From: an uncultured virus (IMG/VR IMGVR_UViG_3300004805_000005)
Taxonomy: Duplodnaviria; Heunggongvirae; Uroviricota; Caudoviricetes
Strand: one strand, 5' to 3'
Length of the DNA stretch: 64,000 bases
IMG/VR virus record: IMGVR_UViG_3300004805_000005
The notes below the pieces were generated by a model. The model saw only the letters and a list, made by a program, of their open reading frames with translations. It had not been told where the DNA came from and did no database searches. Position 1 is the first letter of the stretch; every line of letters begins with the position of its first letter. This document shows positions 28,195-37,330 of the stretch, piece by piece. The position numbers and the translations under genes were made by a program.

Positions 28195-29330
28195 TGGCTA
28201 AGAAGGCAACCAAAGAAGTTGATAGCGAAAAGCAAGACGCTAAGTCTAAACTCAAATCCGTATTTGATGGTTTGGATGAGCTTAATCCTTATGGATCATT
28301 ACTATCTGAAAGTGCATTGTCGATAGTTGACTCTTGGACAGATACTGGATCGTATGCATTAAATGCGATCTTGTCTGGTTCTTGTTATCGTGGTGTTCAG
28401 AATGGACGAGTAATTGTATTCTGTGGACCATCTGGCTGTGGTAAGACGTTGCTTACGATGAAAATCATAGGCAACCATCTAAAGCAAGATCCAGAAAACT
28501 TTGCGGTTGCCTTCGATTCAGAACTTGCAGTTGACGCGCAAACCGCAATAAATCTAGGAGCCGATCCTAGTCGTATCAAGCATTATCCAGTAAAGACTGT
28601 GAACGAAGCTCGTAATCAGGTTCTGAAATTGTTGAACAATATAACAGAACTTGGATTACAGAAGAAGTGCATGGTGGTTATCGATTCGCTTGGTATGTTG
28701 GCTGGTGGAAAGGAGACAGCAGACGCAGAGAAGGATAAGGATGCCGCCGATATGGGTCTACGTGCAAAAGAATTACGAGGATTGCTTCGTATCATTACGT
28801 GGCCAGCCGCCATATCCAAGACAACTGTTCTCTGTACGAATCATACATATAAGAGTCCGACTGAAATGTATCCGTCTGCCGTTGATCATCAGTCTGGTGG
28901 AGAGGGGCCGATTTATGCGGCATCTCTAATTGTTCAGTTGGGATTCAAGCGAGAAAAGAACGAAGAAGATTACCAAGAGGAAGAAATCATAGCTATTGCC
29001 AAGAAAGTTGGTGGTATTACTATGCATGCGTTAACAACTAAGAATAGATTTATTCCTCAAATGTTGACTACTGATCTTTATCTTAACTTCAAAACAGGAT
29101 TAGATAAATATTCTGGATTGTTTGATATGGCAAAGGCATTTAATATCTTTGAGGGTTCGACTAAGTATTCCGTTGATGGCATAGATTTGGGATTCCGAAA
29201 GAACTTTGAAAGAGATCCTGAGGTTTGGGAAAAGACTTTGCTTCCTAAACTTGAAGCTGTTATTAAAAGGGAATTTACTTTCCATTCTGATGCAGATGAT
29301 ATCAAGAAAGAAGTTAAAAATATAAAATGA
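28194..29330 (+). CDS. uvsX: UvsX/RecA-like recombinase
   Basis: DTGSYALN, GPSGCGKT, FDSE, VIDSLG, TNHTY, SGG and KNRF. Confidence 0.92.
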   Translation: MAKKATKEVDSEKQDAKSKLKSVFDGLDELNPYGSLLSESALSIVDSWTDTGSYALNAILSGSCYRGVQNGRVIVFCGPSGCGKTLLTMKIIGNHLKQDPENFAVAFDSELAVDAQTAINLGADPSRIKHYPVKTVNEARNQVLKLLNNITELGLQKKCMVVIDSLGMLAGGKETADAEKDKDAADMGLRAKELRGLLRIITWPAAISKTTVLCTNHTYKSPTEMYPSAVDHQSGGEGPIYAASLIVQLGFKREKNEEDYQEEEIIAIAKKVGGITMHALTTKNRFIPQMLTTDLYLNFKTGLDKYSGLFDMAKAFNIFEGSTKYSVDGIDLGFRKNFERDPEVWEKTLLPKLEAVIKREFTFHSDADDIKKEVKNIK

Positions 29331-29527
29331 AAACGTCCAAACCAACAAACAAAAAACTTGAAAAATTCTATAAACTATTAGAAGATTTATCTAACGCATC
29401 TTTTGATTGTGGAGATTTTAAACCACTGGGAAATGCAAAAGATTCCGAAATATATAAAGTATTGAGCGATGCTAATAAAGAAATTTTGGATCAATGCAAA
29501 AAATGGGCTGAAGAAAATATTAAGTAA
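29327..29527 (+). CDS. Small hypothetical protein
   Basis: 66-aa ORF with ATGA-type overlap to uvsX. Confidence 0.5.
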   Translation: MKTSKPTNKKLEKFYKLLEDLSNASFDCGDFKPLGNAKDSEIYKVLSDANKEILDQCKKWAEENIK

Positions 29528-29532
29528 TATAT

Positions 29533-30048
29533 ATGAAGTATCTCAAGGATAAATGTGCATACCTGAGTGGGGGTATGTACCAGCATACAGATAGTGGAAT
29601 ATCTTGGAGAGAAGATATAACAAAAAGGCTGGAAAGATTTGATACGAAGGTTATAGATCCCTGTAAGAAGGTTATAGGAATAACTGAAATAGGGGAAGAT
29701 AAGAATACCTTTAGATCAATTATATTGAAAGAAAACTGGGCAGAATTGAAAGACACATTCTGGCCCATCGTGAAGCATGATCTAAGAGGAATAGACAAAA
29801 GCGATTTTGTTATATTTAATTATGATGCTTCGATACCCACTATCGGAACGATACATGAACTAGTCGTAGCAACCTTCGAGAAAAAGGTTATTTTGTTGAA
29901 GTATGATAAAGCTCAATTACACTTATTCAATCCGTGGATAGCCACATTCATAAAAACTAACCACTTTTTTTATGATTGGGATATGATGTTTGAATATTTA
30001 GAAAAAGTAAATGATGGGGTATTTGACACCTCACTATGGATAATATAA
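29533..30048 (+). CDS. Nucleoside 2-deoxyribosyltransferase / nucleotide N-glycosidase family protein
   Basis: YLSGGM, WRE, DP, DLRGIDKSD and GTIHE. Confidence 0.75.
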   Translation: MKYLKDKCAYLSGGMYQHTDSGISWREDITKRLERFDTKVIDPCKKVIGITEIGEDKNTFRSIILKENWAELKDTFWPIVKHDLRGIDKSDFVIFNYDASIPTIGTIHELVVATFEKKVILLKYDKAQLHLFNPWIATFIKTNHFFYDWDMMFEYLEKVNDGVFDTSLWII

Positions 30049-30647
30049 AGGAAATTATGCCAAGAATAACAATATCAGGAGCACACGGGGTAGGAAAAAG
30101 CACACTAGTATCCGCTTTGAAGGAAATTCCAGAAATCGAAAAACGATTTACCTTTAAGGATGGAGTTATCCGAAATATTATGAAGGATAGAATAAAGGCT
30201 AATGAGTTTGGTGCAGACAATACCCAACTTTTAGTACTGGCTAAGTTTTTGGAGTATTCGACTATTTCTAATACAATATTGGATAAATGTTCATTAGATG
30301 GTTTAGCATATACAGCATATCTATACGAAAATCAGGAAGTACGCAAAACTACCCTACAAGTTGCCGAATCAATATTTGAAAATATAAAATATGATATTTA
30401 CTTTTACATTGCGCCAGACTTTGATATAATACACACAGGCACACCTCCAGCGAATATGGAATTCCGTAATAGAATTTCTGAATTGTTTGAGGAATATATC
30501 CAGTCATATAGATTACCAGTTATTAGATTAACTGGCAAAACAGAAGATCGGGTAAAGCAGGTCGTAGATACGATTGAGGCATATGACAAGTGGTTGAAAT
30601 CTGAGACGAAAGAGAAAGAAAAATATATGAACTCGGTGAAAGTATAA
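30036..30647 (+). CDS. P-loop nucleotide kinase-like protein (dNMP kinase / AAA_28); probable start 30057
   Basis: ISGAHGVGKST, LDKCSLDGLAY and YDIYFY. Confidence 0.7.
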   Translation: MDNIKEIMPRITISGAHGVGKSTLVSALKEIPEIEKRFTFKDGVIRNIMKDRIKANEFGADNTQLLVLAKFLEYSTISNTILDKCSLDGLAYTAYLYENQEVRKTTLQVAESIFENIKYDIYFYIAPDFDIIHTGTPPANMEFRNRISELFEEYIQSYRLPVIRLTGKTEDRVKQVVDTIEAYDKWLKSETKEKEKYMNSVKV

Positions 30648-32003
30648 ATGGTGGAAACTATAAAAAAATTAGATTATGATCTATTTGAATATATCATAGC
30701 ATTTAATTGTACGTTCGATGATCTATATATTACCACAGTAATAGATAATCTTAAATTGGAATACATAAGTAATCTCAATATACGAAGCTATTTGAAAATA
30801 TTATTTGATTTCTATCAAGCAAATCAGGCACTTCCAGCAGCCACTGAAATACGAGCGTATCTCAGTAATGACGAATTAAAGAATTCTTATAGAGATGTTG
30901 TATTAAAGTTCAAGACATTGGATTCTAAATATAATTTCGATGAGCTTATTGTTAATACACAACAGTACATAAAAGAGAAAGCCGTTTATTTAGCAGTAAA
31001 ATCAACAGTTAATACCTTTTCTGGCGATGGGCCTAAAGATACTGGAGAAATATTTGACCTATTTAACAATGCTTGTAACATAAGCCTGATTGATGATTTG
31101 GGTTTTGATTATCTCAATAAAATAGATGAACATATAGCTGACATAAAGGTAATCGATAGATTCATACCTACTGGATACTCGTGGCTAAACAAAATGCTTG
31201 GCGGTGGATGGCTAGAGGGTGGACGAGCATTATATCTATTTATGGGAGCAACTAATGTAGGCAAGTCTATTGTGCTCGGAAATATAGCCAAAAAACTACT
31301 AGAACAGGATCGTGTAGTTGTTTTAATTAGCTTAGAAATGTCTGAATTAGTATATAGTAAACGTATAAGTACCCAACTATCACGAATACCTTTTGCTAAA
31401 TTAAAAAACGAGACTGATGCATTGGCTATCTATTTAAAGAAGTTCAAAGAAGAACATCCAAACTCCAGATTAATCGTAAAGGAATTTCCTCCTAGTAGCA
31501 TAAGCGCAAATAATATAAAAGCCTATATTAAACAATTAGTAAATAAAATGAAGATAAGGCCAGATGCAATTATATTAGATTATCTGACGCTATTAATGGC
31601 AAATACACCATCTGGCAGTATGTATACTGATGGAAAGGCGATTGCGGAGCAGGTACGTGCATTAACGTATCCACAGAATTTTGGGTGCCCCATAATATCA
31701 GCTTCCCAAATAAATAGATCCGGTTTTGGAGAAGCTAATCCAGATTTAGATAAGACTGGAGAAAGTATAGCAATCCCCCAGACAGCGGATGCCTCATTTT
31801 CTTTGTGGCAGACGGAAGCGGAAAAGGAATTAGGGATTCTTAACATGGGAATAAGAAAAAACAGATTTGGAGTTAACTTTGGCAAAACTGCGTTTAAGAT
31901 TGATTATGACACATTAGCTATCGATGAGATTGAAGATGTATTTGGAAATACCGAAGCGATTAAAGAAACAGATGATATTCTTAGTCGTTTAAATAAAAAA
32001 TAA
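30648..32003 (+). CDS. gp41: gp41 / DnaB-like replicative helicase
   Basis: IPTG, GATNVGKS, ISLEMSE, VKEFP, LDYL, SQINRSG and KNRFG. Confidence 0.92.
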   Translation: MVETIKKLDYDLFEYIIAFNCTFDDLYITTVIDNLKLEYISNLNIRSYLKILFDFYQANQALPAATEIRAYLSNDELKNSYRDVVLKFKTLDSKYNFDELIVNTQQYIKEKAVYLAVKSTVNTFSGDGPKDTGEIFDLFNNACNISLIDDLGFDYLNKIDEHIADIKVIDRFIPTGYSWLNKMLGGGWLEGGRALYLFMGATNVGKSIVLGNIAKKLLEQDRVVVLISLEMSELVYSKRISTQLSRIPFAKLKNETDALAIYLKKFKEEHPNSRLIVKEFPPSSISANNIKAYIKQLVNKMKIRPDAIILDYLTLLMANTPSGSMYTDGKAIAEQVRALTYPQNFGCPIISASQINRSGFGEANPDLDKTGESIAIPQTADASFSLWQTEAEKELGILNMGIRKNRFGVNFGKTAFKIDYDTLAIDEIEDVFGNTEAIKETDDILSRLNKK

Positions 32004-32045
32004 AAGTATGATTGATTTTTCTAAATAAAAGAATAAATATATTAT

Positions 32046-32942
32046 ATGGCAAGACATAAAAAAATATTCTGCTTCACACACTATGACTTGGATGGAGTAA
32101 TATCTTATCTGGTTACAAAGTGGGCACATCCAAAACATATAATAGAATATAAGCCTATTGTTGATTCTGGCATTAGAACTGAACTAGCACAGTGGTTATT
32201 AAACAACAATTTCGATGATTACGAACGAGTATACTTCCTTGATTTAGACGTATCTGGAGCAGTTGATCTAATTGACAGAGAAAATGTATTCATCGTAGAT
32301 CATCACAAATCTCATGTCGATAACATGAAATATACCAAATGCGTTGCAGTTGTTAAGGAATATACATCCGCATGTTTATTGGCTTACAAGGCATTTAAGA
32401 AGATATATAACTATGAATTTACGGATGCTCAAAAACAGCTAATACTATATGGAAATGATTATGATTCATATGCTAATAAATTTCCTGAGTCTAAGATGTT
32501 AAATGCAATATATTATAATACCCAAAAATCATTTGAGTCATTTATAGAGATATATGCGGAAGGATATGTTGATTTTACAAATCAACAGTTGGCTATATAT
32601 AGAATGTTTGAAAATGAATTATCTGATATTCTAGATAAGTTGACTGTATATCAAGGTGGATATGCTGATGTAGATGGAGAATATCGAGTAGTAGTATCAA
32701 CTTTCGCAAATAAACACATAAATGATGTTGCAGAATACGTGCTAAACAAGTATAATTGTGATGTTGCAATAGTAGTAAATCTTAAATCAAACCACATTAG
32801 CTTTAGAAGACCAAGTGATGGAACAATGAAATTAGATGTTTTTGCTAGAGATATAGCTAGTGGCGGTGGACATGAATACTCCGCTGGTGGTATTATAACA
32901 GATACATTTCTAGACTTTACAAAGACACTCAAACCAACATGA
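32046..32942 (+). CDS. DHH/DHHA1 phosphoesterase
   Basis: THYDLDG, LDL, VDHH, SFR and GGGHEYSAGG. Confidence 0.88.
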   Translation: MARHKKIFCFTHYDLDGVISYLVTKWAHPKHIIEYKPIVDSGIRTELAQWLLNNNFDDYERVYFLDLDVSGAVDLIDRENVFIVDHHKSHVDNMKYTKCVAVVKEYTSACLLAYKAFKKIYNYEFTDAQKQLILYGNDYDSYANKFPESKMLNAIYYNTQKSFESFIEIYAEGYVDFTNQQLAIYRMFENELSDILDKLTVYQGGYADVDGEYRVVVSTFANKHINDVAEYVLNKYNCDVAIVVNLKSNHISFRRPSDGTMKLDVFARDIASGGGHEYSAGGIITDTFLDFTKTLKPT

Positions 32943-33259
32943 CAAGAATATACCTAGACGATGCAGATTCTATACAGGATCATGTCCATACAATAACCGA
33001 AAGGGAATTAGACATGATTATTTTAAAGATGGGATCGCTATTATCGATACTACAAAACAAGAAAACGAACCAAGCTAAAATGTTAATTTTTCTAGTTAAG
33101 AACGAAAATTTCAGGAAGGCATTTCTATATATCGCAGAAGTAAATTGTTTTCAAAGATTAGTGAATTGTTTGATGGAAAAGTATCCAACCCTGTGTGAAT
33201 CAAAAGTCGTATACGGAGCATTGAAGCGTGATAACAAACGTCGAAAAAAACTTATATAA
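32939..33259 (+). CDS. Hypothetical protein
   Basis: 106-aa ORF translationally coupled to the DHH gene. Confidence 0.55.
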   Translation: MTRIYLDDADSIQDHVHTITERELDMIILKMGSLLSILQNKKTNQAKMLIFLVKNENFRKAFLYIAEVNCFQRLVNCLMEKYPTLCESKVVYGALKRDNKRRKKLI

Positions 33260-33884
33260 TACGTATCTTAGAATATCACGAACCGTTAAAAATAAACCAT
33301 TCTCATATCGAAAGGATTTTTCCGATATGGATGATTCTACATTATTGCAGTTAACTAGAATAAGTAATTTATTTTTTAAATATCCTCATATTAGTCCAGA
33401 TGATTATTTTCTGGCTCCTTATAAGGTATATCCAAATGCCGAACATTTTACATTAGATTATTATGCTGGTATGGGAGCAGTCGAAGCTTTTAGTATCTAT
33501 ATGAAACAAATACAGGAAATGCTACCCGATAGCGATGAACAGTTAACATATATAAAAGCATCACTTCGATTTATTGGATCTTTCTGTATAAAGAATAAAA
33601 TCAGTATAAAAGAATATCCACAACACAAAACTGGATTAACCTATGATTGGATGAAACATATCAAGAAGCATGAAATATCCGTATATTCTATAATGGAATT
33701 TCCAGAGATACATGCTATAATACAATCTGCTGCCGAAGACGAGAAGGAATTATTTCTTGGAGACGTTGGAAAATATTTTCTAGGATATAAGGCTAAATAT
33801 ATCCAGTCTAAACTAGCTAAACAGTTGATGAGAGAAGGACTGGAAAAAATATCCAAAATTGTTGATAATAAGGTAGATATATAG
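33228..33884 (+). CDS. Hypothetical protein; positional candidate for a gp59-like helicase loader
   Basis: 218-aa aromatic-rich ORF directly upstream of gp32; function inferred from size and position only. Confidence 0.35.
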   Translation: MITNVEKNLYNTYLRISRTVKNKPFSYRKDFSDMDDSTLLQLTRISNLFFKYPHISPDDYFLAPYKVYPNAEHFTLDYYAGMGAVEAFSIYMKQIQEMLPDSDEQLTYIKASLRFIGSFCIKNKISIKEYPQHKTGLTYDWMKHIKKHEISVYSIMEFPEIHAIIQSAAEDEKELFLGDVGKYFLGYKAKYIQSKLAKQLMREGLEKISKIVDNKVDI

Positions 33885-34025
33885 GATATGCAACATAAAT
33901 ATTTATGAGAGATTCGAATAATAGTGAAATATTGCTTGAATTAATCCTAAAAACAGGTATACTCTTAAGAGTGACCAATAACATAATAAACGCAATAGTG
34001 AAAACAACAAAAAAGGAGCATAGTA

Positions 34026-34922
34026 ATGAGTGCAGTTGATATGAAGAGCATGTTTGAAAGTATTAAAGAGGGTTTGAATGCCGAGCGAGGCCGCAGTAGC
34101 GGTCTATTCAAAAACTTTCTTAAGATGGAAACTGGAAAGACTTATCTAGTTAGGCTTGTACCTAACATTAAAGATCCAAAGGCAACCTTCTACCATTATT
34201 CACACCATGGATTTACGAGCCTATCTACGGGACAGTATGTTGATGCCATGTGCCTGAAGAACTTTGGTGAACGCTGTCCCATCTGTGAGCAGGTATTCAA
34301 GTTATATAAAACTAAGAAGGAAGAAGATAAGAAGCTTGGTTATTCTATCCGAAGCTTGGAAAAGCATTTGGTTAACGTTTATGTAATTAACGATCCAACC
34401 AATCCTGAAAATGAAGGAATGGTGAAGATTCTTCGCTTTGGAAAGCACATTCATGATAAGATCATAGCGGCTACCGAAGGTGATGATTCTGATGAGTTTG
34501 GTTATCGTATTTATGATCTTTCTGAGAATGGTTGCAACTTCAAGATTAAGGCAGAGAGCAACTCTGATGAACGTAGTAAGCGTCAATACACTAACTATAG
34601 TAACTCCAGATTTACATCTGCTGGTGCCATTCCTAATATGACTCCAGATAAGATTAAGGAAATATATGATAATTCTTGTGATCTTACTAAGATATTAGAT
34701 GTAAAGACCGATGTGGAATTGACTAATCTTCTCAAGATCCATGTCTTTTGTGAAGGAACCGTAAGTCCCACAAAGGTCAAAGAATCCGAGGCAACCACAC
34801 AGTCGGCATATTCAAAGGAAGATGCTGTCGAGAAGGAATCCGCAAAAGAGTATCCTAAGAAGGCAAATGCGGATACAAACGATAAGATCAAGAAACTATT
34901 AGATGGTTTAGACAGTCTGTAA
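34026..34922 (+). CDS. gp32: gp32-like single-stranded DNA-binding protein
   Basis: VRLVP, HGF...C...CPICE zinc site, NVYVINDP.NPENEG.VK, NF.IK, NYSNSRF and an acidic tail; AGGAG SD. Confidence 0.9.
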   Translation: MSAVDMKSMFESIKEGLNAERGRSSGLFKNFLKMETGKTYLVRLVPNIKDPKATFYHYSHHGFTSLSTGQYVDAMCLKNFGERCPICEQVFKLYKTKKEEDKKLGYSIRSLEKHLVNVYVINDPTNPENEGMVKILRFGKHIHDKIIAATEGDDSDEFGYRIYDLSENGCNFKIKAESNSDERSKRQYTNYSNSRFTSAGAIPNMTPDKIKEIYDNSCDLTKILDVKTDVELTNLLKIHVFCEGTVSPTKVKESEATTQSAYSKEDAVEKESAKEYPKKANADTNDKIKKLLDGLDSL

Positions 34923-34928
34923 ATAAAT

Positions 34929-34963
34929 GCCGCCCCTAGCATAATATTAGGGGCGGCTTATTT
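34929..34963 (+). terminator. Rho-independent terminator after gp32
   Basis: GCCGCCCCTA / TAGGGGCGGC 10-bp stem followed by TTATTT. Confidence 0.75.
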
Positions 34964-34972
34964 AAGGGGTAC

Positions 34973-35512
34973 ATGAAATTCTTCAATTCGGTATCACGGT
35001 GGATAAGGAAAAAAATGGAAAAGATTAGTAAAGATGATTTGGATGCGTTAGGTGGGATGGCTAGTTTAGTCGGAACATACATGAAAGACTTTGCATCTAA
35101 AACTACTGAGGATGCACGAAGTAAACTATTTAAAAATAGTATAAATCCACGAGATACTATAGCTAACGCACTTATACCACCAAAAAATGATATTGCTCAA
35201 CAAGCAGTTCCAGATAATACTAAGTTAGCACCATCTTTATCAGAGCCAGAACCACTCGTATCTAGTCCTACATCACAATCAGTAATACCAAAAGAAAATA
35301 CAATAATCGATAAAAATCAAATGGAGTTTTCCTTTATTGAAAGACCCATAGCTGGATATGGAACTGTTGGTGATCTTGTGAACCATTTCAATACTAGACT
35401 TGACAATATTGAAGAGTCTGTTAGAATATTAAAGATGTACCTAATAGATATAAAAGTAAACTTACCCAAGCGAAGGATAAAGGCTACCGATGAACCTAAA
35501 GAAACTACATGA
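34973..35512 (+). CDS. Hypothetical protein
   Basis: ORF in a co-oriented cluster; start may be the MEKIS methionine. Confidence 0.55.
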   Translation: MKFFNSVSRWIRKKMEKISKDDLDALGGMASLVGTYMKDFASKTTEDARSKLFKNSINPRDTIANALIPPKNDIAQQAVPDNTKLAPSLSEPEPLVSSPTSQSVIPKENTIIDKNQMEFSFIERPIAGYGTVGDLVNHFNTRLDNIEESVRILKMYLIDIKVNLPKRRIKATDEPKETT

Positions 35513-35771
35513 AGCTGCTTTATGGAAGAAGATGTCAGAACAAGATTTTCGAACAAATGCGACTGAAAAATTATTGTTGCAAGAAAAAAATATAGAAAAA
35601 TTGTCTAACATTATTACAAAGCTAACAGAAGATATATTCATATTGAGAAAACAATTTGGAAACATGAGTATCCAGAATGTTAAACTAAACCAAAAAGTAA
35701 ATAACTCTAACCAAAAGATGAACGATGACGCTGACTCTAAACAAAGCGGAAATAATAACTCAGTTTCTTAA
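35490..35771 (+). CDS. Hypothetical coiled-coil protein
   Basis: 93-aa ORF overlapping both neighbours. Confidence 0.45.
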   Translation: MNLKKLHEAALWKKMSEQDFRTNATEKLLLQEKNIEKLSNIITKLTEDIFILRKQFGNMSIQNVKLNQKVNNSNQKMNDDADSKQSGNNNSVS

Positions 35772-36474
35772 TCCAGTAAGCAGAATATCTGAAGAATGTA
35801 GTTTAAGTATAACTTCAGATAGTATATCAACTCTGACTAATGATAATGATGGACGTATTTTATACGGAAAAATCAAAACCAAAACAGGATTAGAAGAAAC
35901 TGAAATAGTATCTTTGAACTTTAAAGACTTACGAAAACTAATAAAGATATTTGAGTGCATACCTGATGATATATTCGAACTTAAAATAGGCGAAAATGCT
36001 AGTATTATAAGTTATAAGTCTTCCGCACTATCATTTAAATTACATTTAGTATCTGATAATGTTATTAAGAAAAGCAACATAAGTCTAAAAAAAATAAGCG
36101 AGTTGACATTCGATAGTGATTTTGAGATGTCTAGCGATAAAATATCTGAAATTCTACGAGGAAGTATTATTGCATCTATTCCCGGAAAAGAAGATAAGGT
36201 ATATTTCTATACTAAAGATAAAGAAGTATTTGCCGAACTTACTGATAAATCAACACAAGAAGTAGATAGCATAACATTTAACATTGCAAGTAAATATAAT
36301 GGACTTGATATATCTAGTCCTCTACCATTCAATATGGAAGTGTTAAGACTCATGACCGTTAATAAGTTTGATAATTTAACAGTAAAGATCAATGATAAAT
36401 TCAAGGTCTTGCTGTTTGAGATTTGTAATCCAAGGGTGATGTTTAAATACATCATACCGGCATTTACAAAATAG
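35725..36474 (+). CDS. Sliding clamp-like protein (gp45/PCNA fold)
   Basis: 249 aa with two repeats of a helix/beta pattern, ending in a beta strand YIIP; replication context. Confidence 0.6.
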   Translation: MTLTLNKAEIITQFLNPVSRISEECSLSITSDSISTLTNDNDGRILYGKIKTKTGLEETEIVSLNFKDLRKLIKIFECIPDDIFELKIGENASIISYKSSALSFKLHLVSDNVIKKSNISLKKISELTFDSDFEMSSDKISEILRGSIIASIPGKEDKVYFYTKDKEVFAELTDKSTQEVDSITFNIASKYNGLDISSPLPFNMEVLRLMTVNKFDNLTVKINDKFKVLLFEICNPRVMFKYIIPAFTK

Positions 36475-36507
36475 ACCGAAACAATAATAAGTAGAAAGGA
36501 TAAGAAT

Positions 36508-36879
36508 ATGGCAAATAAATTGACAACATTGGGTTATTTCAAGAAGCGTATGCGTGATAGTGGGTATATTGTAGATGATCTATATCGTAACTATTCGCAA
36601 ATGGACCCACGAGCATGGACAGTAATTATTGATCCGGGTATTGCAAGTGTTTTTTGCACTTGTTATATTAATGCAAACAAAGATAATATCGAAGATAGTC
36701 AGGTAGGTGACTTTTATTTTGAATTATATGATGGTGGCCAATTCGTACCCAATAGGTTTGTAATTAAAACTAGTTCAATTGAAGTATTGATTGAATATTT
36801 AGTTAGATTTGGGATTAATAATAAGGCTACTCAATATAATAATAATCAACAGTATGTTGAAAGACCACAACAGGTATAA
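36508..36879 (+). CDS. Hypothetical protein
   Basis: 123-aa ORF with AAGGA SD. Confidence 0.7.
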   Translation: MANKLTTLGYFKKRMRDSGYIVDDLYRNYSQMDPRAWTVIIDPGIASVFCTCYINANKDNIEDSQVGDFYFELYDGGQFVPNRFVIKTSSIEVLIEYLVRFGINNKATQYNNNQQYVERPQQV

Positions 36880-36914
36880 CTTATATTTTTGATTAACGAG
36901 TACTAAATATTTAT

Positions 36915-37330
36915 ATGAAAGATGAAATAATTAATACAGAAGAATTTTTTGAAAAACCAAAAAAAAAAGAAAAAGCAAAGCTAAAGAGACTACTAAGAGT
37001 ATTCCTAAATCAGTAGAACCGACTTTAGCCGCATCTACTAAAAATATTGAAGAAACGTTAATACAAAATATTGCTAATATACTCAAAAATAATACAGAAA
37101 AATATTCAGATACAATTGATATCAAGAAAAGTTCTGGTCGCGAGGATTTTAACTGCTTGCAACCAATTGTATCTGAATTTCTAGATGATTTTCTTATCAT
37201 AGGTCACACACTAACTGGTCAGCGTGTAGTAATACGATATACTGCAACTCCTGCTGATTTAGATAAATTAACTGAACTAAGTCGAAAAGTACTTATACGA
37301 ATGATGAATCAAGAAGAAAATAATGATTAA
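36915..37330 (+). CDS. Hypothetical protein interrupted by a frameshift in an A10 run
   Basis: ATG at 36915 follows CTAAATATTTAT; adding one A in 36959-36968 gives a 138-aa ORF ending at TAA 37328-37330. Absent from the ORF track. Confidence 0.65.

Noticed and set aside
32939..33259. gp33 late co-activator
   Set aside because: Position and size fit loosely, but I recognise no sequence motif.
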